Source: Eledone cirrhosa (taxonomy: Eukaryota). From it: 64,000 nt of DNA. The notes below the pieces were generated by a model that worked only from the letters and a program-made list of their open reading frames with translations, was not told the origin of the DNA and did no database searches. The DNA lies in the NCBI GenBank assembly GCA_964016885.1, contig OZ024746.1, forward strand, positions 92,876,001-92,940,000. Direction: 5' to 3'. A program made the position numbers and the translations under genes. Shown here in pieces: positions 1-13,480 of the stretch. Positions within the stretch are counted from its first letter, which is position 1; the number at the start of each line of letters is the position of its first letter.

Positions 1-112
1 TGTGTATATATGTATATATGTATATATATATATACATATATGTGTGTGTATGTATGTATATATGTATATATATACATATATGTGTGTGTATGTATGTATA
101 TATGTATATATA
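1..112. repeat. (TA)n/(TG)n compound microsatellite
   Basis: Alternating TA/TG/CA dinucleotides; explains the low-complexity start of ORF 2..1810. Confidence 0.95.
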
Positions 113-2720
113 TTCAATGGAAACCCAAGACTGACAGTCATCTCAGCCTATAGTCCAACCGACGGGGACAGTGATGTGAATGCCGAGGAGTTCCATGAGG
201 AGGTGTGTAGAGCTGTCAACACCACTCAGGCACACAATATCCTGCTTGTTTTGGGGGACTTCAATGCACATTTGAGTAAGGAGGGCAGTGAAGATCCTTG
301 CTGGTACTTCCATAACAACACCAACCGAAATGGAAGACTACTGAGAGACACCCTGCTGGAGGCGAACTTGATGGCGACCAACCTAGGGTTTAGGAAGAAT
401 CTGGGGAAGATGTGGACCTACATCTCAGATATGCACCTGTCTAAGTCCCAGATTGATTTCATTCTGGTGAGGAAAAAGTGGCGGAATAGTGTTCTGAACA
501 CGGAACCATACAGCTATTTCAGTACACTGGGTAGTGACCACCGGCTTGTTATGAGTGAGGTCCGCGTGAGCTTAAGAAAGAGCAAGGCTCAGCCCCGGAG
601 AACAATCTATGACTGGGGAGCTTTCAAGGAAGATGATAAGCTACAGGAGAGGTTCACAGTGGAAGTGAGAAACAGGTTTAGTGCTCTGTGTGGAGAGTCA
701 GAGGAGAGAGAGATTGGATGGACTGAGGAGAGTGTGACGAGGAGGTACGGGCACTTCACCAATGCAGTGGCGAAAGCAAGTGAAACCCTGGTGCCGAGGA
801 AAAAGAACAAAGGGAAGCACGTCAGCTCTGCAAACCCAAAAGTGTGTGCAGCCAGAGAACACCTGAAAGCTGCCAGGGACCAATTCTATGCTGATCCTAC
901 GGAGGAGAGGATGGAGACTGTGGAGGTGATGAGGGAAGAGCTCTGTACCGCTTACACTGAGGTCAGAGAGGAGGCACTGATAGAGAAGATCAGATGTGTG
1001 GAGAGAGCGGTTGACAGATCTGGATGTAAGGAGAGCTGGATGATCATCAACGAGATCACAGGGAGGAAGAAAAGGTGTTCGAGTCAGATCCAGGGAACGG
1101 GGCCCGAGGATAGGAAGAGGAAATGGCTAGACCATTTTAGGACCCTACTAGGAGAGCCACCCTCCACAGCCCAGAGCACTGGGGAGATCAGGCGGCTGTT
1201 TGAGGAACTGGATGTTGAGACAGAGCCCTTCAACAGAGAGGAGCTTCAGAGAGCCAAGAAGAAGATCAAGGAGGGCAAGGCTCATGGAGAAGATGGAGTG
1301 GCATCAGAGGTGATGAAGAGGTGTGATTTTGATGATATCATCCTGGGGTTCTGTAACGGGGCACTGGAGAAAGGAGTTGCCCCGAATCAGTGGAGGATCA
1401 TTAACATCGTCCCAGTGCCAAAGAAGGGAGATCTCTCTAACACCAACAACTACAAGGGGATCTCACTGACGTCACTTGTGGCAAAGACCCTCAACAGGAT
1501 GATTCTTAACAGGATCCAGCCTGAGATGGAGAAACTCAGGGACAACCAGAACGGCTTCAGAGAGGGTAGATCAACCACCAGTCACATCCTGATGCTGAGG
1601 AGGATATTAGAGGGAGCTAGAGCAAAGTGCCTTCCTGCGGTCATGGTTTTCATTGACTTTAGGAAGGCCTTTGATTCTGTGGACCGTTACTGCCTGATGA
1701 AGATCTTACGGGCTTATGGAATCCCCAAGAGGATAGTGGACCTGATATCACTGCTCTACACCAACACCAAAGTCCAAGTCATTACACCTGATGGGATGAC
1801 AGTTCTTTGAGATACTGGCTGGAGTGCTCCAGGGAGATACATTGGCTCTCTACCTTTTTATTATCGTAGTGGACTATTGTATGCGCCTTGCACTGGAGAA
1901 ACACCAGGACACTGGCTTTACTGTAGCACCGGCTCAGAGCAGGAGAGTTGGGGCGAAAAAGGTATCGGATGCTGAATTTGCCGACGACATAGTTTTGGTG
2001 ACAAATACAGTGAAGGAGGCAGAGGATTTGATGCGGGAGGTTGAGACTGTGACGATGTGTAATGAGACTAAAACAAAATATCTGGTAGAGAATGTTGAGA
2101 AGCCAGAGGGGATCACTAATGTAGGCGGGAAGCCGCTGGAATTGGTTGAGGACTTCCTGTATTTGGGAGCAAAGATTGGGAATACGGAAGATGATGTGGT
2201 TGAGAGGAAGAGCAAGGCCTGGGCGGCGTGTCACAGCTTGAGATCGGTGTGGAAGTCGGACCTTCGTAGAGACCTGAAAATCCGCCTCTTCATTGCTGTA
2301 GTGGAGTCTGTGCTGCTGTATGGGTCTGAGACTTGGACACTGATCAAGAGACTCACTCAGATGGTGGATGGGTGCTACACGAGAATGCTGAGGATGGCTC
2401 TGAACATTAATCAGTATACACTGAGGATGAAAAACTCGGAGCTGTATGGGAGCATCCCAAAAGTCAGCTCAAAAGTGACACAGAGGAGACTGAGGTTGGC
2501 TGGACATGCTCACCGACATCCAGAGTTGACATTGCACTCAGTGCTCCTTTGGGAGCCCCTACATGGACACACTAGAAGAGGAAGACCAAGGTTAACATAT
2601 GTTGATGCCCTAAGGACAGACACTGGTCTGTTGGAGATGCAGGATATGGCAGCGATAATGAGGGACAGAGACCGCTGGAGAGAACTCGTCCATGGATCTC
2701 GGGAATTTTACCCGCCTTAG
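113..2720 (+). mobile_element. RTE-clade non-LTR retrotransposon, 5'-truncated, APE endonuclease + reverse transcriptase with one frameshift
   Basis: APE motifs (VISAYSPT, LVLGDFNAH, SQIDFIL, GSDHRLV); RT motifs (PVPKKGD, YKGISL, QNGFREGRST, FIDFRKAFDSV, GVLQGDTL, FADD); RTE-type C-terminus ([34 protein letters not shown]). Frameshift near 1800 joins ORFs 2..1810 and 1824..2720. The stop codon runs straight into a microsatellite. Confidence 0.93.
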
Positions 2721-2791
2721 ATAGATATATATATATATATATGTGTGTGTATGTATGTATATATGTATATATATATATATATATATATACA

Positions 2792-2843
<52 letters not shown>

Positions 2844-2853
2844 CATATGTGTG

Positions 2854-2946
<93 letters not shown>

Positions 2947-3001
2947 GTGTGTGTGTGTGTGTGTATATATATATGTATATATATATACATATATATACAT
3001 A

Positions 3002-3048
<47 letters not shown>
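2721..3048. repeat. Compound (TA)n-CATA-(TG)n microsatellite with higher-order blocks
   Basis: Repeated blocks of (TA)n CATA (TG)n. Confidence 0.95.
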
Positions 3049-3050
<2 letters not shown>

Positions 3051-3370
3051 CAGAGTGATGCATTTAGTCTATTGCCTATTTGAACATTATTACCTAGTCT
3101 TTAGAGGAGTTCACTTTCTTGCAAGCATTTAGAGCAGATTTCCAGATTAAGGATAGTTCCTCCCTCCCACTTACTAGTCTCACAGACCCTGAAAAATATC
3201 ACGGGCACTGACCTTCCCTCCATGACTAAGTAATAAAACAGTTTCCACTTTTTTAACTCTCTAAAGAATTTCAAGAATTCCATGTTCTTTCAAGTTCAGT
3301 TACCTGAAAAGTTGTGATTAATGCAAATGGGAAGTTACTGTGTAATAAATTGTTCTGATTCATTGTTATT

Positions 3371-3627
3371 GTGTATATATGTGTGTTAATGTCTTTGTGT
3401 GTATCTGTAAATGTGTCTTTGTGTCTGTACATGTGTGTGTCTTTGTGCACATACATGTCTGTGTACGTATTTGCCTATATATATATATATATATGTGACT
3501 TCATATGTCTGTCTACGTATGTGTCTATATATGTATGTGTCTGTGTATGTTTATATATGTATGTGACATTATGTGCCTACGTATATGTGTCTATATATGT
3601 ATGTGACTTCATGTGTCTGTGTATATA

Positions 3628-3670
<43 letters not shown>
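3371..3670. repeat. Degenerate TG/TA microsatellite
   Basis: Low-complexity TG/TA tract. Confidence 0.85.
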
Positions 3671-3671
<1 letters not shown>

Positions 3672-3957
3672 AGAGGCAGCACGATTATACCAGCTCTGAG
3701 TCGTAGCTGACCACCAGACTAAAGTCTCCCAGGCTGGCCACAACTTTCCCTATTTTTCCACGGTTACTCTTTTGCATGTTTCTTTCACCTGTGTCTTCCC
3801 ACGATGGGACCTGTACACCTTTTTCTCCTATTCCTTTCCTATTTTCTTCCCTTTTACCTTCCCCCTTTCTTCCTCTCTCCTCACCCCCCTGTTCTTCCTC
3901 CTTTTCTCTCCCCTTTTTTCTCTCTTTCTCTCTCCTTTTCCACCTGGCCTTTTGATT

Positions 3958-4065
3958 AATAAAAGGCCTCGGGTGCACCCGAACTACACCGATGTCCTGT
4001 AATCCAGCGCCAATAAAAGGCCTCGGGTGCACCCAAACTACACCGATGTCCTGTAATTCAGCGCC
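3958..4065 (+). repeat. 54-bp direct tandem duplication (2 copies)
   Basis: aataaaaggcctcgggtgcacccRaactacaccgatgtcctgtaatYcagcgcc at 3958-4011 and 4012-4065; two differences between the copies. Confidence 0.95.
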
Positions 4066-4103
4066 GAAACATCGGATCGGGAAACATTTACAGCTGACGA
4101 TGG
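4043..4103 (+). ncRNA. Hammerhead-ribozyme-like motif with non-canonical strand order
   Basis: CCGATGT-C (4043-4050) pairs with GAA-ACATCGG (4066-4075); CTGTAA (4051-4056) pairs with TTACAG (4088-4093), which precedes CTGACGA (4094-4100). Confidence 0.35.
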
Positions 4104-4194
4104 AAACTCCTTTCTTCCTTTCTCCTCCTGTTCAGTCCTAACCAACATCCTAAACCTTGTTTTTAGTAACCACACAGCTCCTTTCGTTTCATAT

Positions 4195-4238
<44 letters not shown>

Positions 4239-7200
4239 TTGACTTCGTGTCTATGTATGTTTATATAGTAAAATATAGTTGTAAGGTTTCTTGTAAAACC
4301 TGAAAATATGTATTAAAGTTTAAGATGTTAAATGCTGAATGGATAAGTTTGCTTGCAAGTCCATGGTTTTGAGTTCAATCCCACTAGACAGCACGTTGGG
4401 TATGTATCTTTTATATCCTCAGATTCACCAGTCTTGTACTTGAAATTTGATGGAAGGAAACTGTGGAAGCATGTTGGAAGGACTGTTCCTGGTTTAGGGT
4501 GGCACAACTTAACCCTTTCGTTTCCATATTCCTAATGAGACACAGTCTGTGGTTTTCAAATAATTTTGAAAATAATCTACTATAGCCTTAGGCTAACTAA
4601 TGCCGCATGAGAGAAATTTGGTAGGCAGGAGCTGCAGAAGCCTAAATGTGTAGATGTTAGAAAAATTCAGAATTTTAATTCCGCAAAATACATATTTCGA
4701 TGGCCTAGCTCTATCATCCAATTATGTTGCAAGACAAGGTGATTTCATCAGGTGTTATTTGAGAATTCTGTAACAGGATTACATTGAATCCAAACATGGA
4801 ATGGAAGATAGGAGATAGAGAAAAATAAATAGAAGATAGAAAATTTGATTCGAAGACAGCCTGCAAATATGGTGTTATATCGATAGATGGTCTCAAATTA
4901 TCCAAATATATATTTATATATATATATATTTATTTAGATCAGGCAGCTGTTGTAGGATTCAATTTGATAAGTAGCAAGCCCTACAATAAACTATTTTAAT
5001 TAAAATGTTTCAGATTAATAAAACATGTCTTCATCGTGTGAAAATTGGGAAACAAAAATACTCCTTCTCCTCATCATCTTTTTATGCCTACTTTCTATGC
5101 TGGCATGAGCTGGACAAGTTGTTACAATCTGTGTTAGTTCCTGTGCAGACTTCCTAGATGAGTCAGAGGATCACATTTCACTTGTATACACTATTTTTTG
5201 CATTGTTTCCATAGCTGGATGTCCTTAACGCTTAAGTTTTATGATGAAAGCAAAGTGGACTTCAGTGGAATGTAAACTCAGAGCTGGAATGGATAACCAA
5301 CACTCTAATAATGGAAGGCACAGCATTGTTCCTGAAATTAATGTGCAAGTGGCTAAGCATTCCACAAACACACTTACTCTCAACATAGTTCTCAGGGAGA
5401 TTCGGCATGACACAGAATGTGACAATGCTAGCCCTTCGATCCACAGGTACAACTCATTTTTGCCAGCTGAGTGAACTGGGGCAACATGAAATAAAGTCTC
5501 TTGCTTAAAGACACAGCACACCACCAAGAATCAAACTCATGACCTTACGATCGTAAGCCAGATTCCCTAACCATAATGCCACACACTTTCACACTCTAAT
5601 AATACTGCCAAATCAACTGCCTGATTATAGAAATGACTTTTTGGATCTCTAGCAGAGACTATTGAAACTGTGGATAGAATTTATAATTGAAAGTTTCCGA
5701 TGATGATTAAGAAAAGGAAATAATTAATTTTTTGGGATAATGTTACTATATGTTGATTGGTATTATTTAATATCTTATTAGTGTTGGAATAGACAGAAGT
5801 TAACACTTTTGTTACCATATTTCTAATGAAAGATACTGCTCATGATTTTCAAATAAATTTTTAAAATAAATAGTTTGGAAAGATTTAGTAATACAACTAA
5901 CTTTCTAATCAAGAAAGTGTTACATTGACCCTTATGATGTGTGGCTGATTCACACTTGGTGGTGAATCGATGGTTGTTTTCTTTTTTGTTTCCCCCTTTT
6001 TTCTTTTCTCTCTTTTATGGGTTTATATTTGTGTTTATCAACAACATTATATTTGTAATGTTATTCTGAAAGAATTGTGAGCAACTTGTAATGTTATTTA
6101 TACAACTGTGAATAAAATATTTTGGTGGTTAGTGTTTGGAACATAAAGGTTCTTATAAAAAATTATGATGAAAGGTTTTTAGATACATATAATCACTTTA
6201 ATTCTTTCATTATCATATTTCTAATGAAAGAAACTGCCTATGATTTTTAAATAATTTTGAAAATAATCAAGGATTTGGGGGAATTTAGTAAAATAACTTT
6301 TTTCACTATGGAGCTGGTGTTTGGAACATAACTTAAAGGTTCAGGCATAGTTTTTAAATAAATATAAACAATTTCATTTCATATTAAACCAGGGATGGCT
6401 TCAGGCAGTTTAGTGTCAAAGGGTTAATTGTAAGTTCAAGATGATTAAGAAAAGGAAATAAGAATTTTTTTTTTATTATTAGTGTTTATATATGTTGAGT
6501 GGCATCATTAGCAGTATCATTTAATATCTAATTAGTGCTGAAATAAATAGCAGAGGGAGAGGTACATGAGTGTTGGAATAGAGGGTTTAGGATAAAGCAG
6601 GGAAAGGATTCTCAATAAAATAAGACAGACAAAATCATTTCCTGACTGACTTTATCATTTGTTGTTTTGTTTTTCATTGATAGGCTAATTAAAAAAAAAC
6701 TGGGTCTTGTTATTAGCCATTGCTGTGGTATATTTAAATAGAAGACACTGCAAATATAGGCAAGTTCAAGTGGATGTCAATAGGTAATTAGTTTAGGAAG
6801 GTTATTTTCTGCTGAGTCACATGAATTTCTTCTGTCACCATGACTACAATTTATTTTCTCTTTCACGGAGATCCGTTGAAAATTGTCAGGAATTAATAAG
6901 AAAATGTGTTTTCATGAAATTAAGATAATTTTTTTTCTTTTTTTTTTCTTTTTCGCAATCAGCAGTCATAATCATTGTTTTAAAGTTAATTTTTACATAT
7001 TGGTATGAGTGAATACACCAGAACATTGTTTTAACAATTTCATAGCCATATTTCTAACAATGGTGTTTTAAATTTTTTTGAAAAATATCAAGAATTTAGA
7101 GAGATTCAGTAAAATAACTAACATTTTCAGTAGAAATGTGTGGGAAGTATAGAAAACTGTATTTAGAAGGCTACAGCAATGCCAGTTGAACACTAAATAT

Positions 7201-7751
7201 TAAAAATATCAAACGTTTTGAAATATTAGCTTGGAAATATTTAATTGGTCCTTTAGAGGTTTCTGCCCCCATGACCCTCTCAGGAATAAGTGGGTGAAGA
7301 AAAAGAAAAGATATTTTGGGAAATATCCTTATCAGAATAAGACCTGAGGACTAAGCAGAGAATCATAATTCAACTTATTGCCTTAGACTTTTCTTTGACA
7401 AGGTGTTATTTCCTGAAATAATGGATCAACGTTATTTTTTATATTTAATGTTCTGTTTGCATTGCTGTAGCCTTCCAAAATACTGTTTTCAACAAAAAAT
7501 CAATTGTATTCAATGAACTATTGAGCAAATTTTGAATTTTTGAAAGTATGTTAGTTAAAAAATTAGGATGCTTCAATGAATTTTATGTATTAATTTTTTT
7601 ATTTATTTTGGCAATAGTTGAATAAGCTCCTAAAGACAGAAAAGTGGATAATGTCACCAGATGAAACTGTTTACTTTTTATTTAGGGGCTTCTATGCCAA
7701 ACCTGTTCAACTATTTTCATAGAAAAAAGAATTTTCATTTTGGAGCATAGC

Positions 7752-7944
7752 TTAACCCTTTAGCATTTAAACTGGCCATATCTGGCCAGAGTTCTCTTAC
7801 CTCTTTCTGTTCAAACTAGCTGTAACTGACCACTCATACTGATAAAGTATTCTCAAAATATCAAAATGCCATTCATTCAATATTATGTCAAAGCCTTTAT
7901 CATGAAAATACAATAGTATATATAGAGTAATGTAAAAGGGTTAA
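7752..7944 (+). mobile_element. piggyBac-type MITE (family A)
   Basis: TTAA-CCCTTTAGCATTTA...AAGGG-TTAA; related copies at 13773, 33712, 35648-36295 and 37978-38399. Confidence 0.8.
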
Positions 7945-8329
7945 GAGGTTCTTACATAAAACTGATGGAAGATTTTGATCTATGTATAAATACTTTAAAA
8001 TGGGCAGTTTTGAATTATTGAGTCAAGTGCAATTTCAGCTGGTTTTGTTATCAAAAGGGTTCAACAAAAGTCAACGAATTGATAGACTCATTAGAGCAGA
8101 GGATAAAATACCTTCTTACAACACACAGGGATATTGTATGCCCATTCTAAACCCGATACACACAGAGTAAAAAATATGTATTTAATTTCATCACTTGGCT
8201 ATTATGGAGTACAATGCAATAATGTTCATTGGCAACTACTGTTATAATGACATTGATGAGGAAAATATTTAAAAAAAAAAAAATGATATATAGAAACTAA
8301 AGAGTTTCACTTGTTTATATGTTAAGAAT

Positions 8330-8538
8330 TAACCCTTTAGTTACCAAAACTGGCTCTGGTTCTATGAAATAGAACCACCCATTTTAAAAGTTTCCAATTT
8401 AAATTAAAATCTTCCAATATAATTTAAGTTACTATATTAGTAATGAAATAATTAATAATTTTAATAAATCCCTCAAAATTCTTCAGTAATTAATTAAAAT
8501 AGTGTATTTCATTAGAAATGCATTAATTAAAGGGTTAA
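8330..8538 (+). mobile_element. piggyBac-type MITE (family B)
   Basis: TTAA-CCCTTTAGTTACCAAA...AAAGGG-TTAA; related copies near 30476-30714, 36685-36853 and 37424-37669. Confidence 0.75.
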
Positions 8539-8690
8539 ATAAATGTTATATATCAAGTTATATATTGTTACCAGCTATGTAATCTATCGGTAGCAGTATT
8601 AATAGCAATCCTATATTTTCACTGTTTTTAGACATAAGTTTTCAAGAAATACATTTCTTGATTTATTTTGTTTGGTGAGATGTCAAAGTT

Positions 8691-9290
8691 CTTCTTCACC
8701 CACTTCTTCCTGAGAGGATCATGTAGGCAGAGTCCTTAAACATTCCTTCCAGCGGGTCCTGTCAGAAGCAACTATCTTCACTGATCCGGATGGATCCCCA
8801 AGTGAGACCAGCCAAGTTCATAGATGATATCCAACCATCTTGCTCAGGGTCTACCCCTGGGTCTCCTGCTGGTTGGTTTTTGCCTATAAAATCTGTCCAA
8901 CGATCTTTTCCTGAGACATTCTAACCACATGCCCGTAGTATTGGAGCTGTGATCTCTCAATTTAGAGAGATTACTGTGGCTCTATCTGGAGTGACTCTCT
9001 GATATCTAGGTTATATACTCCATCGAGTAATGTTACTCCAAAGACCCTTTGGAGGAACCATATTTCAGTCCCTAGTATTCATGATCAGTCTTTTGGTCAT
9101 TACCCAAGATTCATGATGATAGGTAAGGGCTGGCACGAATACCAAATTGAAGATAGCGAGTTTGGTTTTTACACCCACCTCTCTTCTTCTGATTACTGAA
9201 TGCTGAAGCTGGTGCATTACTGTACCAGCTCCTGCAATTCTTAATTCAGCCTCTTACCTTCCATCACCCGTGAAGTAATTGGTATTTCTC
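8691..9290 (-). mobile_element. Rex3/Expander-like RTE LINE 3' fragment
   Basis: The minus strand encodes decayed SQLQYYGHVVRMSQE...RRPRGRP.ARWLD; ends in a GAA-type tail shared with other copies in the window. Confidence 0.75.
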
Positions 9291-10199
9291 TTATGGTAAC
9301 AATTGCAGAGAACTCTTAGTCATTTCTCTATGAAAACTTGTTGATTTAAAGTCGTGTCATATTTTCTGTTGTTACAGTAAATGTATACTTCCGTTGGTTA
9401 TTAAGTTAATATCTTTAATTGTTCTGAAGATTTTCATTCTAAATGTTTTCTATTTTCTGTTATATGTAGACAAGATGTGCTCCCCACTCCCTCCTCCAGC
9501 TTGTCTGGGAGGTTAGTAGCTTTGGTAAAATACCGACCCACCCATGCCAGCATGGAAAAATGGATATTAGATGATATAAAATTCAAATTAAAGTTTGTTT
9601 TCAAAAGAATTTAATCCTCAAGTTTCTATTATAATAAATTTGAATTTAACTCATTCATTACAAAATTTGAGAGACACTGCCTATGATTTTCAAATTGTTT
9701 TGAAAAAAATAAATACTTAGAGAGATTTAATCAATCAATTTCTTAATTTTTATATTGATGTTTGGAACATAACTTAAACATGCTTACATAAATATTTACA
9801 CTTTGAGATAAACAGCTTTATAGCATAGAACCAAGGGCACTTTCAGATGGTGTAATATCAAAAAGGTTAAGTTGGTTACAAAGTTATCCTCAGTAATGTT
9901 GGATATTTTAATTTTAAATTATTTCTGAATTTAATAAGTTTTATCAGATTTTCTTTCCTTTGATTTTAGCTGGTTTATTGATTTATTATGATTTTATGTT
10001 CTTAGATTGTTGTTTACTAAATAAAATCAATTTAAATGGGGTTAATAGAATATTTATTCGTTAATAGAATGATTAAATTAAATTAATATAATATGAGTTA
10101 TCGAGCAAATAATTCTCAGACAATGTGAAAAACACTATTTCTATTGGTGCAGGAATGGCTATGTGGATAAGGAGTTTGTTTCATAACTGTGTTTTCTAG

Positions 10200-10440
10200 G
10201 AAACTTCTGATGTCCTCGGCCACAGGACCACCTCCCTAATTGCCACCATTGGCATGGAGTTGACTACCTGCAAGAGTGAGCCTCGCAAGCTGGAATGGCT
10301 CTTCAACGCATCTCCCTCACCATCCTCTAGGGAAATGTTTTCTCTATTCTGTCTGCTGGGGTTGTGGGGCAGCCAGCACGTGGGCCCCCATTTGCTTGTA
10401 ATAGTGAGAGATGTGGGGAGCAAGCTCTTTAGAGAACATC
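10200..10440 (+). mobile_element. CRE-like (RLE) non-LTR element 3' remnant, inside a SINE
   Basis: With a 1-nt indel it reads EWLF(Q)RISLTIL*GN, resembling the CRE-clade C-terminal FQRISLAIQRGN motif; SINE pieces lie at ~10148 and ~10520-10790. Confidence 0.5.
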
Positions 10441-10911
10441 AACACTTATTTATTTGTATTTACTTGCAAACAGTTATGTCTACTGTTGGTTTGACGTTTC
10501 TTTGTCAACAGTTAAGTATTTTGTGAGTGAAATTTGGTAGATGGAAACTGCAAAAGCTCATTGTGTATATGCGTGTGTGTCCACGCATGCACGTTTCACT
10601 GTCTGATTTTTCTGTTTGTGTCTGCATTTGTGTTTATGTCCAAAAACCTAGCGATTTAAACAAAAAAGATCAATAAAATAGGTTCAGACATATACAATAT
10701 TGGTACTGGGGTCAATGTGATCCACTAAAACTCCTTTATGGTAGGGCCTTAGCATAGCCATAGTCTGATGGAAACCAGTAACAATCAAATAGAATAGTTA
10801 AATTTGGTTAATAGAATATATCAACAGAACTTTAGTTATCTTGCAGATAATTCTCAGATAATGTAAAACTATTTAGAATTTGGTTTTTCGCTCTAACATA
10901 GCTGATACGTA

Positions 10912-11160
10912 AATTTTATATTGAATAATAATAACCGTTATTATAATTTGTAAGCAAACAGCCTTATAATGTTGTTTTTTAGATGACCATCGCCATCCTT
11001 TTGTTCTAGTAGTGACACAGAGAAACAATCAACAATGTTTCTGGTCGATTGTTTCTGTCACCGCTATAACAAAAGGATGGCGATGGTCATCTAAAAAACA
11101 GTGTAATGAGGCTGTTTGCTTGCAAATGAATCGAATATTATTATTATTCAATACAAAAAT
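10912..11160. repeat. Long foldback inverted repeat (~250 bp)
   Basis: Perfect 33-bp arms at 10973-11005 and 11068-11100, extending imperfectly outward and inward. Confidence 0.9.
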
Positions 11161-12090
11161 CATGAATGCATGTAAAACTATTTTGACACTGATCCTGTTG
11201 TTTTCTCAATCTATTTTTTTCATGACTCACTAAAAAGCAATATCATGTTTTATTAAAAATACATTGTTTATAATTAATTTTTTAAAATATATAAAATCTT
11301 AATTTGATAAGTTTATATATTTCTTTTAACAATCATTGATTTGGATGCAACAAAATAGTTAATAAAATAATTGAAAATTAATAATCTTGTACTTAACTCT
11401 TTTAGAAATGTAATTTACTGCAATTTGTTTCCACAAATTTAGTTAAAGACAATGAAAAATTTATATTAACTTATTTTTTTCCTTCAAATATTTTCTCAAT
11501 ATTTTTCTCTCCATTCTATTTTCAATGTTGATTGAAAAATAGAGAAAATGCTGCATGTGAGAAGTGCCATGATTTATGGGATGGAAACAAAGGTGGAAGG
11601 AAGGGGAAGATTAAGAAAGACATAGCTAAAGATGAAGGAGGATAAGAAAGTTGGTGAGGGGTAATGCAAATAATGGCAAAATGGAGAATTTGTGATGGAA
11701 CCCTGCCTCCCTGCAGGGTTAATCCCTGCTTTGACAGAGAAAATAACTCTAAAACACTTGCCTCTTATCTATTTTCAATGTTGATTTATTTACCATTTAA
11801 ATCCATACATAATAGATTAAGAGATATTATATCCTTAACTCTTTACAATGTCGTTTGTTTCTTGGATTTAAAACAAATTATATAACATTAAAACTGCTTA
11901 TAGGAACTGTTTTTTAGTTTTCAGTTAAATGCTTAGAAACCATTGCTTCTGTATTTGTTTTGCAATGATTTTTTTATGTGAAACTGTGTTGAAAAATTGT
12001 TATACATTGTTGCCAGTTAAAATTACACACTGGTTGAGTTTGCACTTTAGTTATATTAATCAGGTAATTAATCTAGTTTTATTAATCAGG

Positions 12091-12400
12091 TAATTAATCC
12101 ATGAGTCCATTGGTTAGTCAATGATTCTTGCCTTCTCACTCTTCTCTTCGTCTACACTGAAAATTTACTCTCTCTTTTAATTCAGTAGCCATTTTGTTTA
12201 TTATCTATCTTGGTGTATCACTCTTCTGGCATGTCTTTATACTATAATTAATCCATCAATCCATTGGTTAGATAATTATCAATGATTCCTGCCCTCTCTA
12301 TCTTCTCTTTGTCTACACTGAAAATTTACTTTATCTTTTAATTCAGTAGCCATTTTGTTTATTATCTACCTTGATGTATCACTCTTCTGACATATCTTTT
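12091..12400 (+). repeat. ~150-bp diverged tandem duplication
   Basis: Shared gtctacactgaaaatttact...tttaattcagtagccattttgtttattatcta in 12091-12238 and 12245-12400. Confidence 0.9.
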
Positions 12401-13419
12401 AGGAAATGCCACTTCAACTATTCAAATACAAATTCAGTAAATTGATTTCACTGCTATTTTATTGGTGTGTCCCACTTTGTCTAAAATTGAAAACCTGTAG
12501 AGATGCTTCTAATATATATTAAGAGCTATGTGCATCTGGTTTAGAATCGGTACACCAAATCCTTGCATAATGTAATAGGCAACTAAAAGGGTTGGCATCA
12601 GGAAAGGCATCCATTTGTAAAACATTGCTTAAAAAAGGAGTATGAAACCTGTCATGAGACCTATTGCTTTAGCAGGAAAAATGGCCAGAAAACACAAAAC
12701 ATGTATAGCTCTCTCTTTCAATGTTAGTGTTGTTATTGTTCCCCACCTCCTCTCACTATCTTTCAACTTCATTAATGGATTTGTCTTTACAAATGGTTAC
12801 AAACTTTGGGCTCATTAACACGTTCGCTGCCTATCATTCTTTAATAATTTTTTGAATAAAGAGTTTGAAACACTAGTAATATAACTTTCTCATTATTGTC
12901 TTGTTTAGAACACAACTTTACAAAGGCTCTTATATAGATATATGATGGAAGATTTTTATATAGCTATAAACACTTTAAAACCAAACCCCCTCCCCTCTCC
13001 CGAAGAACCAGAGGCAGTGTCAGGCAGTTTGGTATCAAAAGGGTTTGGGTGTTTGGAACCTAATTTAACAAAACATTTTAAATAGAATTATGATGGAAGG
13101 TATTTAGATAACTATCAATATAAACACTTTAAAACAAACTGTTTTGTGATGTAGAAACATGGGTACTTTCAGTTGGTTTGGTATGAAAAGGGTGAATTAA
13201 TGAGAAAATATTTCAAGTGCAGCCTATTGTGGAACTTACTTGCTTCTCTTAGTTTTGATGATAAATAAAACTGTTGGGATTTCATTTCCCATAACTTCTT
13301 TATAACAATGAAACAACAGTTTGTCATTGCTTTATAATCAGTTTTATTTATCATTTGTATATTTAAATTTATTAATCCTGGCCAATTAGCCAATTATCAT
13401 TCTCTCTCACTCTCTTTCT

Positions 13420-13480
13420 TCTCTCTTCTCTCTTCTCTCTTCTCTCTGCTCTCTTCTCTTCTCTCTCTCTGTGTGTGTGT
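13420..13480. repeat. (CT)n/(CTCTT)n + (TG)n microsatellite
   Basis: Seen directly. Confidence 0.9.
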
